Source: Alphaproteobacteria bacterium (GTDB lineage Bacteria > Pseudomonadota > Alphaproteobacteria > UBA828). From it: a stretch of 64,000 nucleotides of DNA. A program made the translations under genes and the position numbers. Shown piece by piece: positions 1-10,204 of this stretch. Location of the stretch: the NCBI GenBank assembly GCA_965237415.1, contig CBDEFM010000002.1:32001-96000 (forward strand), written 5' to 3'. The stretch's first letter is position 1. Each line of letters starts with the position of its first letter. The notes under the pieces were generated by a model. It was not told where the DNA came from. It saw only the letters and a program-made list of their open reading frames with translations, and searched no databases.

Positions 1-977
1 GTACTGGTTGCCGCCGTCCAGGTTTGGCGTCACCGCCGCCGCGTGATTGGCCGCCGCCGTCGTGATCCCCGTCTCGTAGAGCCCGTGGATGCAGACATCG
101 ATATCCGCCGCGGCCGCGATGTGCGCCACCTTGCAGAAGCGCAGGAGCCCCCCGGTTTCGTGCAGGCCGACGACGAGCAGGTCGGCGGCGTGCTGGCGGC
201 AGGCGTCCAACGCGTCGGCGGGCGTGAAGACGCTCTGGTCAGCCGCGATCGCGACCGGGCTCGCGGCCCGGACTCGCGCCAGCGCGTCGAGGCTCTCCGC
301 GTGCGTGGGCTGCTCGACCAGCTCGATGTCATACGCTGAGAGCCTGCGGATCATGCGGGCGGCGCGGGCCGGCGACCAGTGCTCGTTGGAGTCGAGCCGC
401 AGGCGCTTGTCCGGCCCGATGGCCGCGCGCACCTGGGCCACCACCTCGGTGTCCAAGCGGTCGCCGCGCCCCACCTTGACGTAGATCACCTCGCAGCCCG
501 AGGCCGCGAGCCGCCCGGCCTCGGCGGCCACGTCCTCCGCGGTTGCGCCCTGGGGGAACCCGAAGTAGCGCACCTCGTCGCGAACCGCACCGCCCAGCAG
601 TTCATGGACGGGGCGCGGCCTGTCGCCTTGCCCATGACGTCCCACAACGCCATCTCGAGCCCGGCCAGCACCTGGCCCGCGAACCTCGGGGCGCTGCAGG
701 TGCCCTGGAGCTCGAAGAGCGCATGGTAGGCCTCGCCCATCAGCCGGGCGTTCTCGAAGGGACTGCGGCCGATGCAGAGATCGGCCGCGCGCGCGAGATA
801 GGCCTGGATGCCTTCGGCCGACGGCATCCCGATTGACTCCCCATAGCCGGTCACGCCCTCGTCGGTGCGGACCTCCACCAGGATCACGCCGGCGCCGTGG
901 ATGACGCCCTGGGCGAAGTGGTAGGGCTGCTTGTAGGGGATCCAGAGCGGCGTGGTAACGATCTCGCTGATCCTCAC
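1..977 (-). CDS. Mandelate racemase/muconate lactonizing (enolase superfamily) enzyme, apparent frameshift near 612, runs off the window
   Basis: GTG start with GGAGGA RBS. N-terminus VRISEIVTTPLWIPYKQPYHFA..GVTGYGES..LEMALWDVMGKATGR continues in another frame as VHELLGGAVRDEVRY..YVKVG..LRLDSNE..EQP. Confidence 0.85.
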
Positions 978-994
978 CGTTCCTCCTCCGACGG

Positions 995-2287
995 TCAGCG
1001 GCCCAGCACCAGATTGGGGAGCCAGAGGGAAACCTCCGGCACGTAGGTCGTGACGATGAGCGTCGGCAGCCACGCGAACACGATCATCAGCGTGGTCGGC
1101 CACAGCATCTTGCTCACCTGCGTGTTGGCCACCCGCGCACCCAGGTAGAGCAGCGGCGCCGTCGGCGGAGTGACGTTCCCCATGCCGAGGTTCACGCCGA
1201 TGATGGCGGCGAAGTGGATCGGGTCCACGCCGAGCTTCATGGCGATGGGCAGCAGCAGCGGAGAGGCCAGCAGGACACCCGAGACGTCGTCCATCAGCAT
1301 GCCGATGATGACGATCACGATGTTGATCATGATGAGGACGACGATGGGGTTGGCAGAGACCGAGAAGATCATCTCCTCGGCGAGGCCGGTGACGTCCTCG
1401 AAGATGAGGAGCCGGCTCACGATCATCACGGTGAAGAACATCACCATGACGACGCCGGTGGTGGTCCCAGACTCGACCAGCGCCTCGACGAAGGTCTTGC
1501 GGTTGAGGCCGCGGTAGATGAACCAGCCCACGGGGATGGCGTAGAGCACCGCGACGCCCGCGGCCTCGGTGGGCGTCATGATGCCGCCGTAGATGCCGCC
1601 CAGGATGACCACCGGCATCATCAGCGCGGGGAAGGCCTTGGTGCCGCGCCTCGCCGCCTCGCAGGAGAAGCTCTCGGGCGCAGGCTCCACCTTGATGTTC
1701 TTCTGCCGCGCCATCAGCACCAGGTTGAGCGCACACAGGAGAAAGATGAGGATCAGGCCCGGAACCACCGTGGCGAGGAAGCACTTCAGCACCGACTGGC
1801 GCGTCACCCAGGCATAGATGATCTGGATCGAGCTCGGCGGGATGAGCAGACCCAGCGGCGCCGCATTGGCGATCAGCGCCGCCGAGAAGCCCTCGGGATA
1901 ATTGGCCGCTCTGAGCCGGGGCAGCAGCACCGAGCCGATGCAGGTGAGCGTCGCCGCCGCGCTGCCGGAGATCGAGCCGAAGATGGCGCTGGCGATGACG
2001 GCGGCGGTCGACATCCCGCCGCGCACGCGGCCGACGAAGAGTTCCGCCAGATACACCATGGGCACGGCGATCCGGCCCTTCTCCATGATGCTGCCGGCCA
2101 TGATGAAGAGCGGGATGGCCAGCAGCACCAGGTTGTTCATGCGCCAGTGACCCGAGGTCATGAAGGTCATCGGGTCCGTGTCGGCGAAGATCGCGAGGTA
2201 GATCATCACCGCGCCGAAGGCGAGGGGCACGGGCAGCCCGACCACCAGCACCACGCAGAGCAGGATCAAGGCGCCGAGCAGCATCAT
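995..2287 (-). CDS. dctM: TRAP transporter large permease
   Basis: Hydrophobic 430 aa; LLAIPLFIMAG, FGSISGSAAA, LIPPS, TPTEA, TPP motifs. Confidence 0.95.
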   Translation of the reverse strand: MMLLGALILLCVVLVVGLPVPLAFGAVMIYLAIFADTDPMTFMTSGHWRMNNLVLLAIPLFIMAGSIMEKGRIAVPMVYLAELFVGRVRGGMSTAAVIASAIFGSISGSAAATLTCIGSVLLPRLRAANYPEGFSAALIANAAPLGLLIPPSSIQIIYAWVTRQSVLKCFLATVVPGLILIFLLCALNLVLMARQKNIKVEPAPESFSCEAARRGTKAFPALMMPVVILGGIYGGIMTPTEAAGVAVLYAIPVGWFIYRGLNRKTFVEALVESGTTTGVVMVMFFTVMIVSRLLIFEDVTGLAEEMIFSVSANPIVVLIMINIVIVIIGMLMDDVSGVLLASPLLLPIAMKLGVDPIHFAAIIGVNLGMGNVTPPTAPLLYLGARVANTQVSKMLWPTTLMIVFAWLPTLIVTTYVPEVSLWLPNLVLGR

Positions 2288-2811
2288 GGCGCGTCTCCCC
2301 GCGCCTCATGGCTCGCAGGCGTGGCGCCCGGCGAGCGGCCTATCAGGCGGATGAAGTGCATCGCCGAGTAGGCCGTCATCAGCACGAAGCCGAGGAGGAT
2401 GACGCCGCGCGGAACGGCCAGCGGGATGCTGTAGACGGGGGTGGCGGGGAGGTCCGGGTAGCGCGACAGATCGTCCGCCACCATCAGGTAGGCCCAGTAG
2501 GAGAGGACCGCGCCGATGGCGACCTCCAGCCCGATGATGACGAAATCCAGCCACCGCTTCGCCGCCTCGGACTTGATCCACTCCTTGAGCAGGTCCGCCT
2601 TGATGTGGGTGTTGTCGTGGCTGCCCTGGGCCGAGCCGATGAAGTAGAGGGTGAAGGCGGCCGCCATCATCCACTCTTCATAGGCGAAGAGGTTCATCTG
2701 GAAGCCGTAGCGCAGCACGACCACGACTCCGAAGGTGGTCGCGATCAGCAGCGAGCAGACGACCAGCAGAACCTTCTGAACGAAGAGGACCGCGCGGATC
2801 AGCCTGGCCAT
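2284..2811 (-). CDS. dctQ: TRAP transporter small permease
   Basis: Four hydrophobic segments, VVLRY..EE..HIKADLL; 4-nt overlap with dctM. Confidence 0.9.
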   Translation of the reverse strand: MARLIRAVLFVQKVLLVVCSLLIATTFGVVVVLRYGFQMNLFAYEEWMMAAAFTLYFIGSAQGSHDNTHIKADLLKEWIKSEAAKRWLDFVIIGLEVAIGAVLSYWAYLMVADDLSRYPDLPATPVYSIPLAVPRGVILLGFVLMTAYSAMHFIRLIGRSPGATPASHEARGDAP

Positions 2812-2931
2812 CGCCAGCCTCCCGCGTGAAGCGCTGCAGGCGCACCCTGCATGGCCCGCTCCTTAGCTACCGCTGCTACTTCCTGGATTAGGACGGAACG
2901 GGCCTGCCACGCAATTCGAAGCGAAAAAAGG

Positions 2932-2980
2932 ACCGCCGCGGCCATCCCGAGGACAGGGACTGGGAGGGGGCCGCGGCGGT
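2932..2980 (-). terminator. GC-rich stem-loop after dctP (terminator or mRNA stabiliser)
   Basis: ACCGCCGCGGCC...GGCCGCGGCGGT inverted repeat, followed on the minus strand by a T-run. Confidence 0.65.
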
Positions 2981-2995
2981 GGCCTCGCCGGGCCT

Positions 2996-3997
2996 TCAGT
3001 TGGAATCGGCCTGCAGCCTCGCCATCAGATCGGCCCCGAACTTCTCCTCGAGAAGCGGCCCGACCTGCGCCAGCACCTCTGCGCCCATCGCGGCACGCTC
3101 CTCATCGGTGATCGGGACCACCGTGACGCCGTGATCCGCCAGCTTCTGCGTGTACTCGACATCGACCATCTCGGTCTGGTCGAAGGACCAGGTGGACGCC
3201 TTCTGGAAGGCCGCCGTCACCGCCTCCCGCTGCGCCGCGTCGAGGCCCTCCCACACGCCCTTGTTCATGTAGTACGCCGTGTTCTCCACGAACGCGTTGT
3301 AGGGGATGAAGTGGGTGATGATGTCGCGGAAGATGGTGTAGTAGGACTCCGCCGTACCGCCGACCACACCGTCGACGGTGCCCTGCTGGATCGCCGCCGG
3401 CACGTCGCCCCAGTTCATGGTCGTGGTGTTGAAGCCCATGGCGGTCACAGAATCATGGGCGACCTCGGCGCTCCAGATGCGGATGTTCACGCCCTTCGGC
3501 CCCGTCGTCGTCGCGTTCTCCGGCGCCTTGGCCGTCGCCACGCCGATGAAGCCCTCGACGAAGATACCGAGCAGCTTCACCCCCTGATTGTCCAGGAGCT
3601 CCTCGAAGGTCGTGTAGAAGGCGGAGCCGGGCGAGAAGGCCGCCCGCATCTGGTCGTAGTTGGAGACCATGAAGGGGAGCCCGTTGATCTCCAGCCTGGG
3701 GTCGTTGTGGCTGTAGATGAAGGTGTGGCCCACGTCGATGGCGCCGGCGGCGACATCGCCGAAGACCTGCTCGCCGTAGCCGAGCTGGCCGGCGGGGAAG
3801 GTCTTGACGTTCAGGCCCACGTCGGCGGCTTCGAGATCCGCCTCGATCTGGTTGAGCGCCTCCGTTCCGAAGTGATCGATCGGGTGCTGACCCGCGATCC
3901 TGAGGCGGACCTCGTCGGCGCCGGCCGACGACGCAACGGCGCCGGCGAAGAGGGCTACCGCCGCCATCAGGGCGGCGATCCGACTGTGCAGCTTCAT
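2996..3997 (-). CDS. dctP: TRAP transporter substrate-binding protein
   Basis: Signal peptide, FPAGQLG, NIRI, WGDVPAAIQQGTVDG; GGAGG RBS. Confidence 0.93.
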   Translation of the reverse strand: MKLHSRIAALMAAVALFAGAVASSAGADEVRLRIAGQHPIDHFGTEALNQIEADLEAADVGLNVKTFPAGQLGYGEQVFGDVAAGAIDVGHTFIYSHNDPRLEINGLPFMVSNYDQMRAAFSPGSAFYTTFEELLDNQGVKLLGIFVEGFIGVATAKAPENATTTGPKGVNIRIWSAEVAHDSVTAMGFNTTTMNWGDVPAAIQQGTVDGVVGGTAESYYTIFRDIITHFIPYNAFVENTAYYMNKGVWEGLDAAQREAVTAAFQKASTWSFDQTEMVDVEYTQKLADHGVTVVPITDEERAAMGAEVLAQVGPLLEEKFGADLMARLQADSN

Positions 3998-4339
3998 GGC
4001 TTCCTCCATTGTTTGAGCCTGCCGTAGCGCGGCATGGGATTTTCATACTCGAAGAAAAGTTGAACGATAGCAAAAAATATGCCCTTCAGCCACACGTCAT
4101 ATGCCAGCCGCTCGCTCGCTCGATCGCTTCTCGAAGCCGCCGGCGCCGTTCCACGCCGTACCGCGCGGTTGGGCGGGTCCGAACCTGCAGTACCCCGGTC
4201 GGATGCCTTCAGGCAGCGATCGCGTGTGCCTTGGTGAGGCCGGAGCTGGGGCAGCAGCAACTGCCGTTCCTGCGTAGAGCGGCGCCGGCCTCATAGGGCG
4301 TCCTTCCACGCACGGAATCTTTATTGGGGGAGCACCGCC

Positions 4340-4645
4340 ATGCGCGTCGCGATGATTGGTGCCGGTTACGTCGGTCTGGTGTCGGCCTCGTGCATTTCGG
4401 AGTTCGGCTTCACCGTGACCTGCGTCGATACCGAGCCGGAGAGGATCGCGGCGCTCCGGGAAGGCCGGGTTCCGATCTACGAGCCGGGCCTGGAGCCGCT
4501 GCTCGCCGCCAATGTTGCCGCCGGGCGCCTTTGCTTCACCGGGGACTTCGCGGACGCCGTTCCTCAGGCCGACGTTGTGATGCTGGCCGTCGGCACACCC
4601 AGCCGGCGGGACGACGGCCATGCCGATCTGTCATTCTTGCACTGA
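4340..4645 (+). pseudogene. ugd: UDP-glucose/GDP-mannose dehydrogenase, N-terminal fragment
   Basis: MRVAMIGAGYVGLV..PIYEPGL..AVGTPSRRDDGHADLS, then a stop at 101 aa. Confidence 0.85.
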
Positions 4646-4845
4646 CCCTGCCGCGCTGCGCCTCCGACCGGGCAAGCCCTGCCCAATACGAGCTCAAGCC
4701 CCCTATCACCGTGCAGCGCTCCACCCATCATCCCCACATATTCGTTTCTGGCCCCACCTTCCGCACCATCGCGCGATAGCTGCCACCGAAGCTCCCGCCC
4801 ATGCCAACGGCAAAGGCAAAGGCCGCAGCTTTCCGGCAGGCGCCG

Positions 4846-5238
4846 GCGCGCCACGGTTCCCCGCCGTCAGTGGCACCATGAAGGCGCTACGACTTCCTGT
4901 TCCGCATGCCCTTCGCCTTATGGTTTCGCCAGCCGGCTCCGCAGGTGCCTGCCTCGTTCGTGTCCGCCCTGAGGCGCTCCCGGCGACTTGCAGGCCGGTC
5001 GCCGGAGCGGGGTATCTGTTGGTCACGCTGGCCGTCCCCCTCCAGTGCTTTTCCTCATGGGCAAGAACAGGACCTCACAGATTCCCTGGCGAACCATCCC
5101 GTGGCTCTGCGCCTTTCCAAGACCCCGGATGACCCGTCGCACCTCGCCTGTTGCGGTGCTTCCGGTATTGCCCCCAAGCCCAACACACTGAAGGCGTCGC
5201 CGCTTTCCGTGATTTCGAGGCTTACCGAGCGGCTTCAC
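4846..5238 (-). mobile_element. Group II intron ribozyme remnant (no RT ORF, no D5/D6)
   Basis: Reverse complement aligns by eye with 17862-18250 (GAGCCGGCTGGCGAAA, GGAAGTCGTAGCGC, GGCGGGGAACCGTGGC). Confidence 0.75.
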
Positions 5239-5658
5239 CGCAAGCGGCAGACGCCCCCTGCTAGTCTGGCTGTTCGTGGGCGTGCGAATCTGACGCTGAT
5301 CTGCATGCTAAGATGTTGACATTATTAGGCTCTGAGGGGTCAACGTATTTCTCCGAACAACGAGTACGGACGCAGCGCCCCTACGAGATTCGACCGCTCA
5401 GACCGTGGATGGGTCGTCGACGGCACGGCGTTAGACGGAACGCTCGCCTTGCCTTGATGCAGACCGGTTGACCGACCCGGCATGCAATAGAAATGCATAT
5501 GACTTCTCCATTATGAAAATACATGTACTAATATGGATAGTTTCTCTAATAGTGCGTCCCGGCGCATTACGGCAGGCTGAACAGTGAAGGAAACCGCGAA
5601 GCTGCATAGCCGGATTGACGCTCTTGCGGCGTCGGCGGCGACATTCGGCGGCGCCCTC

Positions 5659-5970
5659 GGGTCGTGTCCCCGGGAGTGGTGTAAGAGCGTCGGCTTGACG
5701 TCGGTCTTTGCCGGTTGAGGTTTCCGACTTTTCAGGCTGCGATGGTTAGCGGCCCAGGATCAGGGTCGCTGATCTGGGCCAAGGTTTCCAAGGTCATGTA
5801 TCGGCGGCAGACGGCCCATTCGTCGGACTGCTCGGCGAGGATGGCGCCGACGAGGCGGGTGACGGCGGCCTCGTTGGGGAAGATGCCGACGACGTTGGTC
5901 CTGCGCTTGATCTCCTTGTTGACGCGCTCCAGGGGATTGGAGGAGTGGATCTTGGTCCTGTGGTCGCTAG
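5659..5970 (-). mobile_element. IS256-family transposase C-terminal part and right end
   Basis: [43 protein letters not shown]; joins in frame to 7274-7490 across a CTAG. Confidence 0.85.
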
Positions 5971-7144
5971 TGTCCCGATTCCGAAGTTTTAATGATTTTT
6001 CTCTGACGTTCGGCAGTTTCGAGAGTGCGCAGGCAGAAGCGTTTGATGGTGGCGAGGATGTCGTCGGCGGACTTGGTCCAGCGGAAGCGTCGTGGGTCGG
6101 TGTTGACGGTGTCGATGTAGTTACGAATCGCCTGCTCGAGTTCCTGTGTCGAACGATGGATCCCGCGCCGGAGCTGTTTTTCGGTCAGCAGGGCGAAGAA
6201 GCGCTCGACCTGGTTCAGCCAGGAAGCGCCGGTCGGCGTGAAGTGGACATGCCAGCGCGGATGGCCGGCCAGCCAGCGTCGCACCGCCGGCGTCTTGTGG
6301 GTTGCGTAGTTGTCCATGACCAGATGGACGTCGAGGTCGTCGGGGACCTGGGTTTCGAGAGTGCGCCGGAACTTAAGGAACTCGCGGCTGCGGTGACGCG
6401 GAAGGCACTGTCCGATGATCTTGCCGGTGGCGATGTCGAGGGCGGCGAACAGCGTGGTGGTGCCGTGGCGCATGTAGTCATGGGTGCGTCGCTCGACCTG
6501 TCCGGGCCGCATGGGCAGCATCGGCTGGGTGCGGTCGAGCGCCTGGATCTGGCTCTTCTCGTCGACGCAGAGCACGAGCGCGCGCGGGCGGGTCGAGGTA
6601 GAGACCAACGATGTCGCGCACCTTGTCGACAAACAGCGGGTCCGCCGACAGCTTGAACGTCTCTGAGCGATGCGGCTGCAGGCCGAAGGCTTGCCAAATC
6701 CGGTGGATGGTCGAAGGCGCATAGCCTGAGGCGCGGGCCATCGACCGCAGACTCCAATGCGTGCCGTCGGGCGGCGTCTCCTCCAGGGTGCGGCCGATGA
6801 CCTCCGCGATCTGCTCATCGCCGATCTTGCGCGGAGCCCCGGAACGCGGCTCGTCGTAGAGGCCGTCGAGCCGGTGCTCGGCAAAGCGCCGGCGCCACTT
6901 GCCGACCGTATTCGCGTCGGCCCCCACCCGCTCAACAATCGCCTTGTTCTCCAGCCCTTCGGCCGCCGCCAGCACAATCCGTGCCCGCCGCGCCAGCCCC
7001 TGGGCCGTCTTCCGACGGCGGGCCAAGCCTTCCAGCTCACGCCGCTCCGCTTCCGACAACGTGATCGTCACCGCTGCTCTGCTCACCAGTCATCCCTCCA
7101 ACGCAACCGATGAACATACTCTAATAAACTTCTCGATCAGGACA
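5971..7144 (-). mobile_element. IS630-family element, transposase frameshifted near 6585
   Basis: HTH part (6478-7086) and DDE part ([30 protein letters not shown]). TIRs TGTCCCGATTCCGAAGTTT / TGTCCTGATCGAGAAGTTT; CTAG at both flanks (5967, 7145). Confidence 0.92.
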
Positions 7145-7148
7145 CTAG

Positions 7149-7273
7149 TCACCTGAATCTGAAGTTCGCCACATAAAGACAACTATATTGCACGACCACA
7201 TTCTTCGACAATAGAGCGACTTAGTGTGACGACACTGCCAATTGAAAATGATCTCAACTTCAGTGTCAGGTGA
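7149..7273. mobile_element. 125-bp IS630-type MITE
   Basis: TIRs TCACCTGAATCTGAAGTT / TCACCTGACACTGAAGTT, CTAG on both sides, AT-rich non-coding interior. Confidence 0.85.
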
Positions 7274-7490
7274 CTAGGGAAGGTCATGAAGGCGAGCACG
7301 TCGGGCTCGGCCTCGTCCATGAGCCGGGCGAGGGTCTCGAAGCGGGGGCGCAAGGGGTCCGCGACCTGGCGCCACTGTGCCGAGGCGGCTGCATGGTCCT
7401 CCTGGACGAAGGCGGTGCGGATGGCGGCGGCGACCATGTCGCGCTGGCCCTTGGGAACGTGAGCGAGCGCGTTGCGCATGAAGTGGACGC
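7274..7490 (-). mobile_element. IS256-family transposase middle fragment
   Basis: HFMRNALAHVPKGQRDMVAAAIRTAF..RLMDEAEPDVLAFMTFP. Confidence 0.85.
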
Positions 7491-7930
7491 GGGGGTTGTT
7501 GAAGAACCCGATTTTGGGAAGATCGGAATGTGGGTTCATGCAATCACGGCCGCCCGGAGGTCGGTTCGGAGCGCTTGGGCGCCGTGGACACCCAGCGGAC
7601 ATTGCCAAGCACCCCGAGCCGTGCAGACAGCGCAAAGGATCACAAGGAAAGGGGCGGCGAGCCGCTTGAGATTGATCGCAGCGGCCGTCAGGTAGACCTG
7701 GATATTCATGTTGTCGAGGCCACGCCGGACGGCGCGTGCGAGCCCGTGCCACGTCTTGGCCTCTCCGTGGAAGCCTTCCGAACGCCAACGATGACGCTGG
7801 TACAGTCGCTCTTCCCCCTCGGTCCAGTGTGCGCTTCGGCGACGGGCGCGGAGCAACGCCGGATAGTCGTTTCCGATCACCACCGCCTTGGTGACGCGCG
7901 CCTTCGACAGGCAGTCCCCCTTGAGCGGAC
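7491..7930 (-). mobile_element. IS1182-family transposase C-terminal fragment
   Basis: YQRHRWRSEGFHGEAKTWHGLARAVRRGL..AAAINLKRLAA; end TTCTTCAACAACCCC. Confidence 0.8.
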
Positions 7931-7936
7931 AGGGCG

Positions 7937-8314
7937 CTCGCCTACATGGCCTTTCCCAAAGTGCGTCGCACCAAGTTACACTCGACCAGTCCCCTCGAAC
8001 GCCTCAACGGCGAGATCAAGCAACGCACCAACGTCGTCGGCCTTCGGCCGGCGGTCCTTCCACTGGAAGACTCACTCCTTCGCCTCACTCCCCAGCGAGG
8101 ACGCCATCGCCCGACTGGTCGGCGCGATCCTGGTCGACCGGAACGACGAATGGGTAGCCCAGACGGCACGCTACATGACCCTGGAAACCATCGCCACGGT
8201 GAGTGACAATGCGCTCATTGAGTTGCCAGCCGTGGCCGCGTGACTGACCCGGCCCAATCGGCCGGATACCGTGCAGAACTCAACGCTTTTGCACTACGAC
8301 TAGGGATACGATCT
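7937..8314 (+). mobile_element. Second IS256 C-terminal fragment with degenerate right end
   Basis: MAFPK..KLHSTSPLERLNGEIKQRTNVVG..PSEDAIARLVGAIL..RYMTLE. Confidence 0.8.
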
Positions 8315-8315
8315 C

Positions 8316-9245
8316 ATGGCCGCTACGACCGATGAAGAGCTCAGCACTTTTCGGGACTTTGTGGCCCGTACTTTTGCAGGGCGCTACAACCTTTCCATCA
8401 ACAAACGGCGTACGCTAATAAAGAGCCTTGCCCGGACGTGCACGGTTCCTAAAAGCATAGATATATCGGCAGCCGACATTGCTGGCGTTCCAGCTTGGAC
8501 TCTGGCGAGGAGCGCAGGAGACAGCGATCCGGTCTCTAGCTCTCCAATCATCTTGTACCTTCATGGAGGCGCATTTGTTTCGGGCGGGATAGAGTCGCAT
8601 TGCGGACTTGCCGGACGCATTGCCACCACGACCGGCGTGCCTGTCTTGTTCGTGGAGTACGGGCTTTCGCCGGAGAATCCTTTTCCGTCGGCTCTTAACG
8701 ACGTTGCAGCGGTATATAAAGAACTGGTTCGCGCTCATTTGCCGGCCTCGGCGATTGCAATTTGCGGCGACTCGGCAGGGGGGAACCTTGCAATTGCGGC
8801 GCTCCAACTGGCGAAGCACAACGGGCTTCCGATGCCCGCGGCTTGCGCGGCTATCAGCCCTGCTCTCGATCTTACATTGTCCAGCGCAAGCTATCGCAGA
8901 AATGCACAAGCTGATCTGTTTCTTTCACGCGAGGGCTTGGCCAAGGACGTTGCCGTCTACCTTGCCGGTCATGATGCATCTGACCCGCTTGCCTCGCCAC
9001 TCTTTGCAGAGACCGAAGGCCTGTCTCCCTTACTCCTGCAAGTCGGAGGTAATGAAGTCTTAATTGACGAAACGGTCGCATTTGCCCGCAACGCTGCAAT
9101 GGCCGGAAATACGGTGCGACTTGAAATCTACAAGAACATGACCCATGCGTGGCAGTTTTTTCCCGATATGCTCCAGGAAGCTGTCATCTCAACAAAATCG
9201 GTCGCTGATTTTCTGACTGCGTACCTACCAAGAAGTGTGCAGTGA
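8316..9245 (+). CDS. Alpha/beta hydrolase, HSL-family esterase
   Basis: YLHGGAF, GDSAGG, E..L.D and HAW motifs. Confidence 0.92.
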   Translation: MAATTDEELSTFRDFVARTFAGRYNLSINKRRTLIKSLARTCTVPKSIDISAADIAGVPAWTLARSAGDSDPVSSSPIILYLHGGAFVSGGIESHCGLAGRIATTTGVPVLFVEYGLSPENPFPSALNDVAAVYKELVRAHLPASAIAICGDSAGGNLAIAALQLAKHNGLPMPAACAAISPALDLTLSSASYRRNAQADLFLSREGLAKDVAVYLAGHDASDPLASPLFAETEGLSPLLLQVGGNEVLIDETVAFARNAAMAGNTVRLEIYKNMTHAWQFFPDMLQEAVISTKSVADFLTAYLPRSVQ

Positions 9246-9311
9246 ACTGCAACCGGAGTGAACTATATTCACTGCGGGGAAGAAATGCGCGCGCGGAGGT
9301 AGCGTGCGCAC

Positions 9312-9370
9312 ATGCCAACGGCAAAGATCAAGCATTTTGAGATCCCCTATGAGGAGTACGGTAAGGGTTC
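9312..9370 (+). pseudogene. Truncated N-terminus of a probable alpha/beta hydrolase
   Basis: GGAGG RBS then MPTAKIKHFEIPYEEYGKG, cut off near the IS5 fragment. Confidence 0.4.
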
Positions 9371-9394
9371 GCGCGGCCCGTCTGCCGGGAGAGG

Positions 9395-9645
9395 AAGCGC
9401 CGTGTTGCTATCGAGCCGGTGCTCGGCCACGTGAAGGCCGAGCACCGCATGGACCGAAACTGCATCAAGGGCCCGGACGTCGACCGCGCCAACTCCGTCC
9501 TGGCCGCCGCCGGCTACAACTTCCACCTGCTCCTGAGATAGTTCGAGGCCCTGTTGCGCACCCTGATCAGGGCCCTTCTCACCAACCTCGTCGCCCCTCA
9601 AACGCCCCAACAATTGACGGGATCGGAATCTTCACGGACGACTAA
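9395..9645 (+). mobile_element. IS5-family transposase C-terminal remnant
   Basis: AIEPVLGHVKAEHRMDRN..ANSVLAAAGYNF with an internal stop. Confidence 0.8.
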
Positions 9646-10031
9646 GGCGTGGCCGGCGGGCGGGCTTAGGCCGCCTCCGCGTCTCCGCGCAGACCACCGG
9701 CAGACTGGCCTCGGCCAGCCCGTCGTAGAGCCGCTGCGGCAGCGGCCCTGCCTCCAGACCGATGCGGGTCACACCCATCCTGGGGTCGGCGAAGAACGCC
9801 ACCAGAGCATCTGGCTCGCTCAGCACATTCGCCTTTCTCGGCGGGATTCCCCGATCGATCCTGTACGACAGTACGACCCTGCCGCTTGAAAGCGATGCTG
9901 TTAGAGCGGTGCTTTGCCATGGGCGTCGATCCTTCGAATGCTCGATGCACCGGTCAAATCATTTCACACCAACAGTCTGCTCCAAGGGGCCCACTCAAAG
10001 GTCGGGGGTCAGCTTTGGACGCCTGTTGACA
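9646..10031. mobile_element. Mosaic of IS110, IS21 and IS3-type scraps
   Basis: Minus strand RIGLEAGPL (IS110); plus strand FAFLGGIPRSILYD (IstA); minus strand MAKHRSNSIAFKRQ; IS21-like end ...GGACGCCTGTTGACA. Confidence 0.6.
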
Positions 10032-10204
10032 AGAGATGTCACGATGCAATTCAGTGCAGTTGGGCTCACACATCTGAACGCCTCCACAGAATCGTGTCAT
10101 ACAGATTAGCTGAAACAGCGACTAATACATCAGGTGCCACTCTTGCGACGGCTACGCACAGATCATAGACTCTACACTAAGCGGATGCCAAGAAGGAGAG
10201 CAAC

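Noticed and set aside
600-625. Programmed frameshifts in the enolase-family gene and IS630 (about 6585)
   Set aside because: Both fall in GC/CG runs with no slippery A-tract; sequencing error or simple indel is more likely.
4800-4815. 16-bp match CATGCCAACGGCAAAG also at 9311
   Set aside because: No shared flanks or element boundaries; treated as chance.
5340-5600. AT-rich tract as origin or ncRNA
   Set aside because: No iterons, DnaA-box cluster or recognisable RNA fold; likely an orphaned promoter region.
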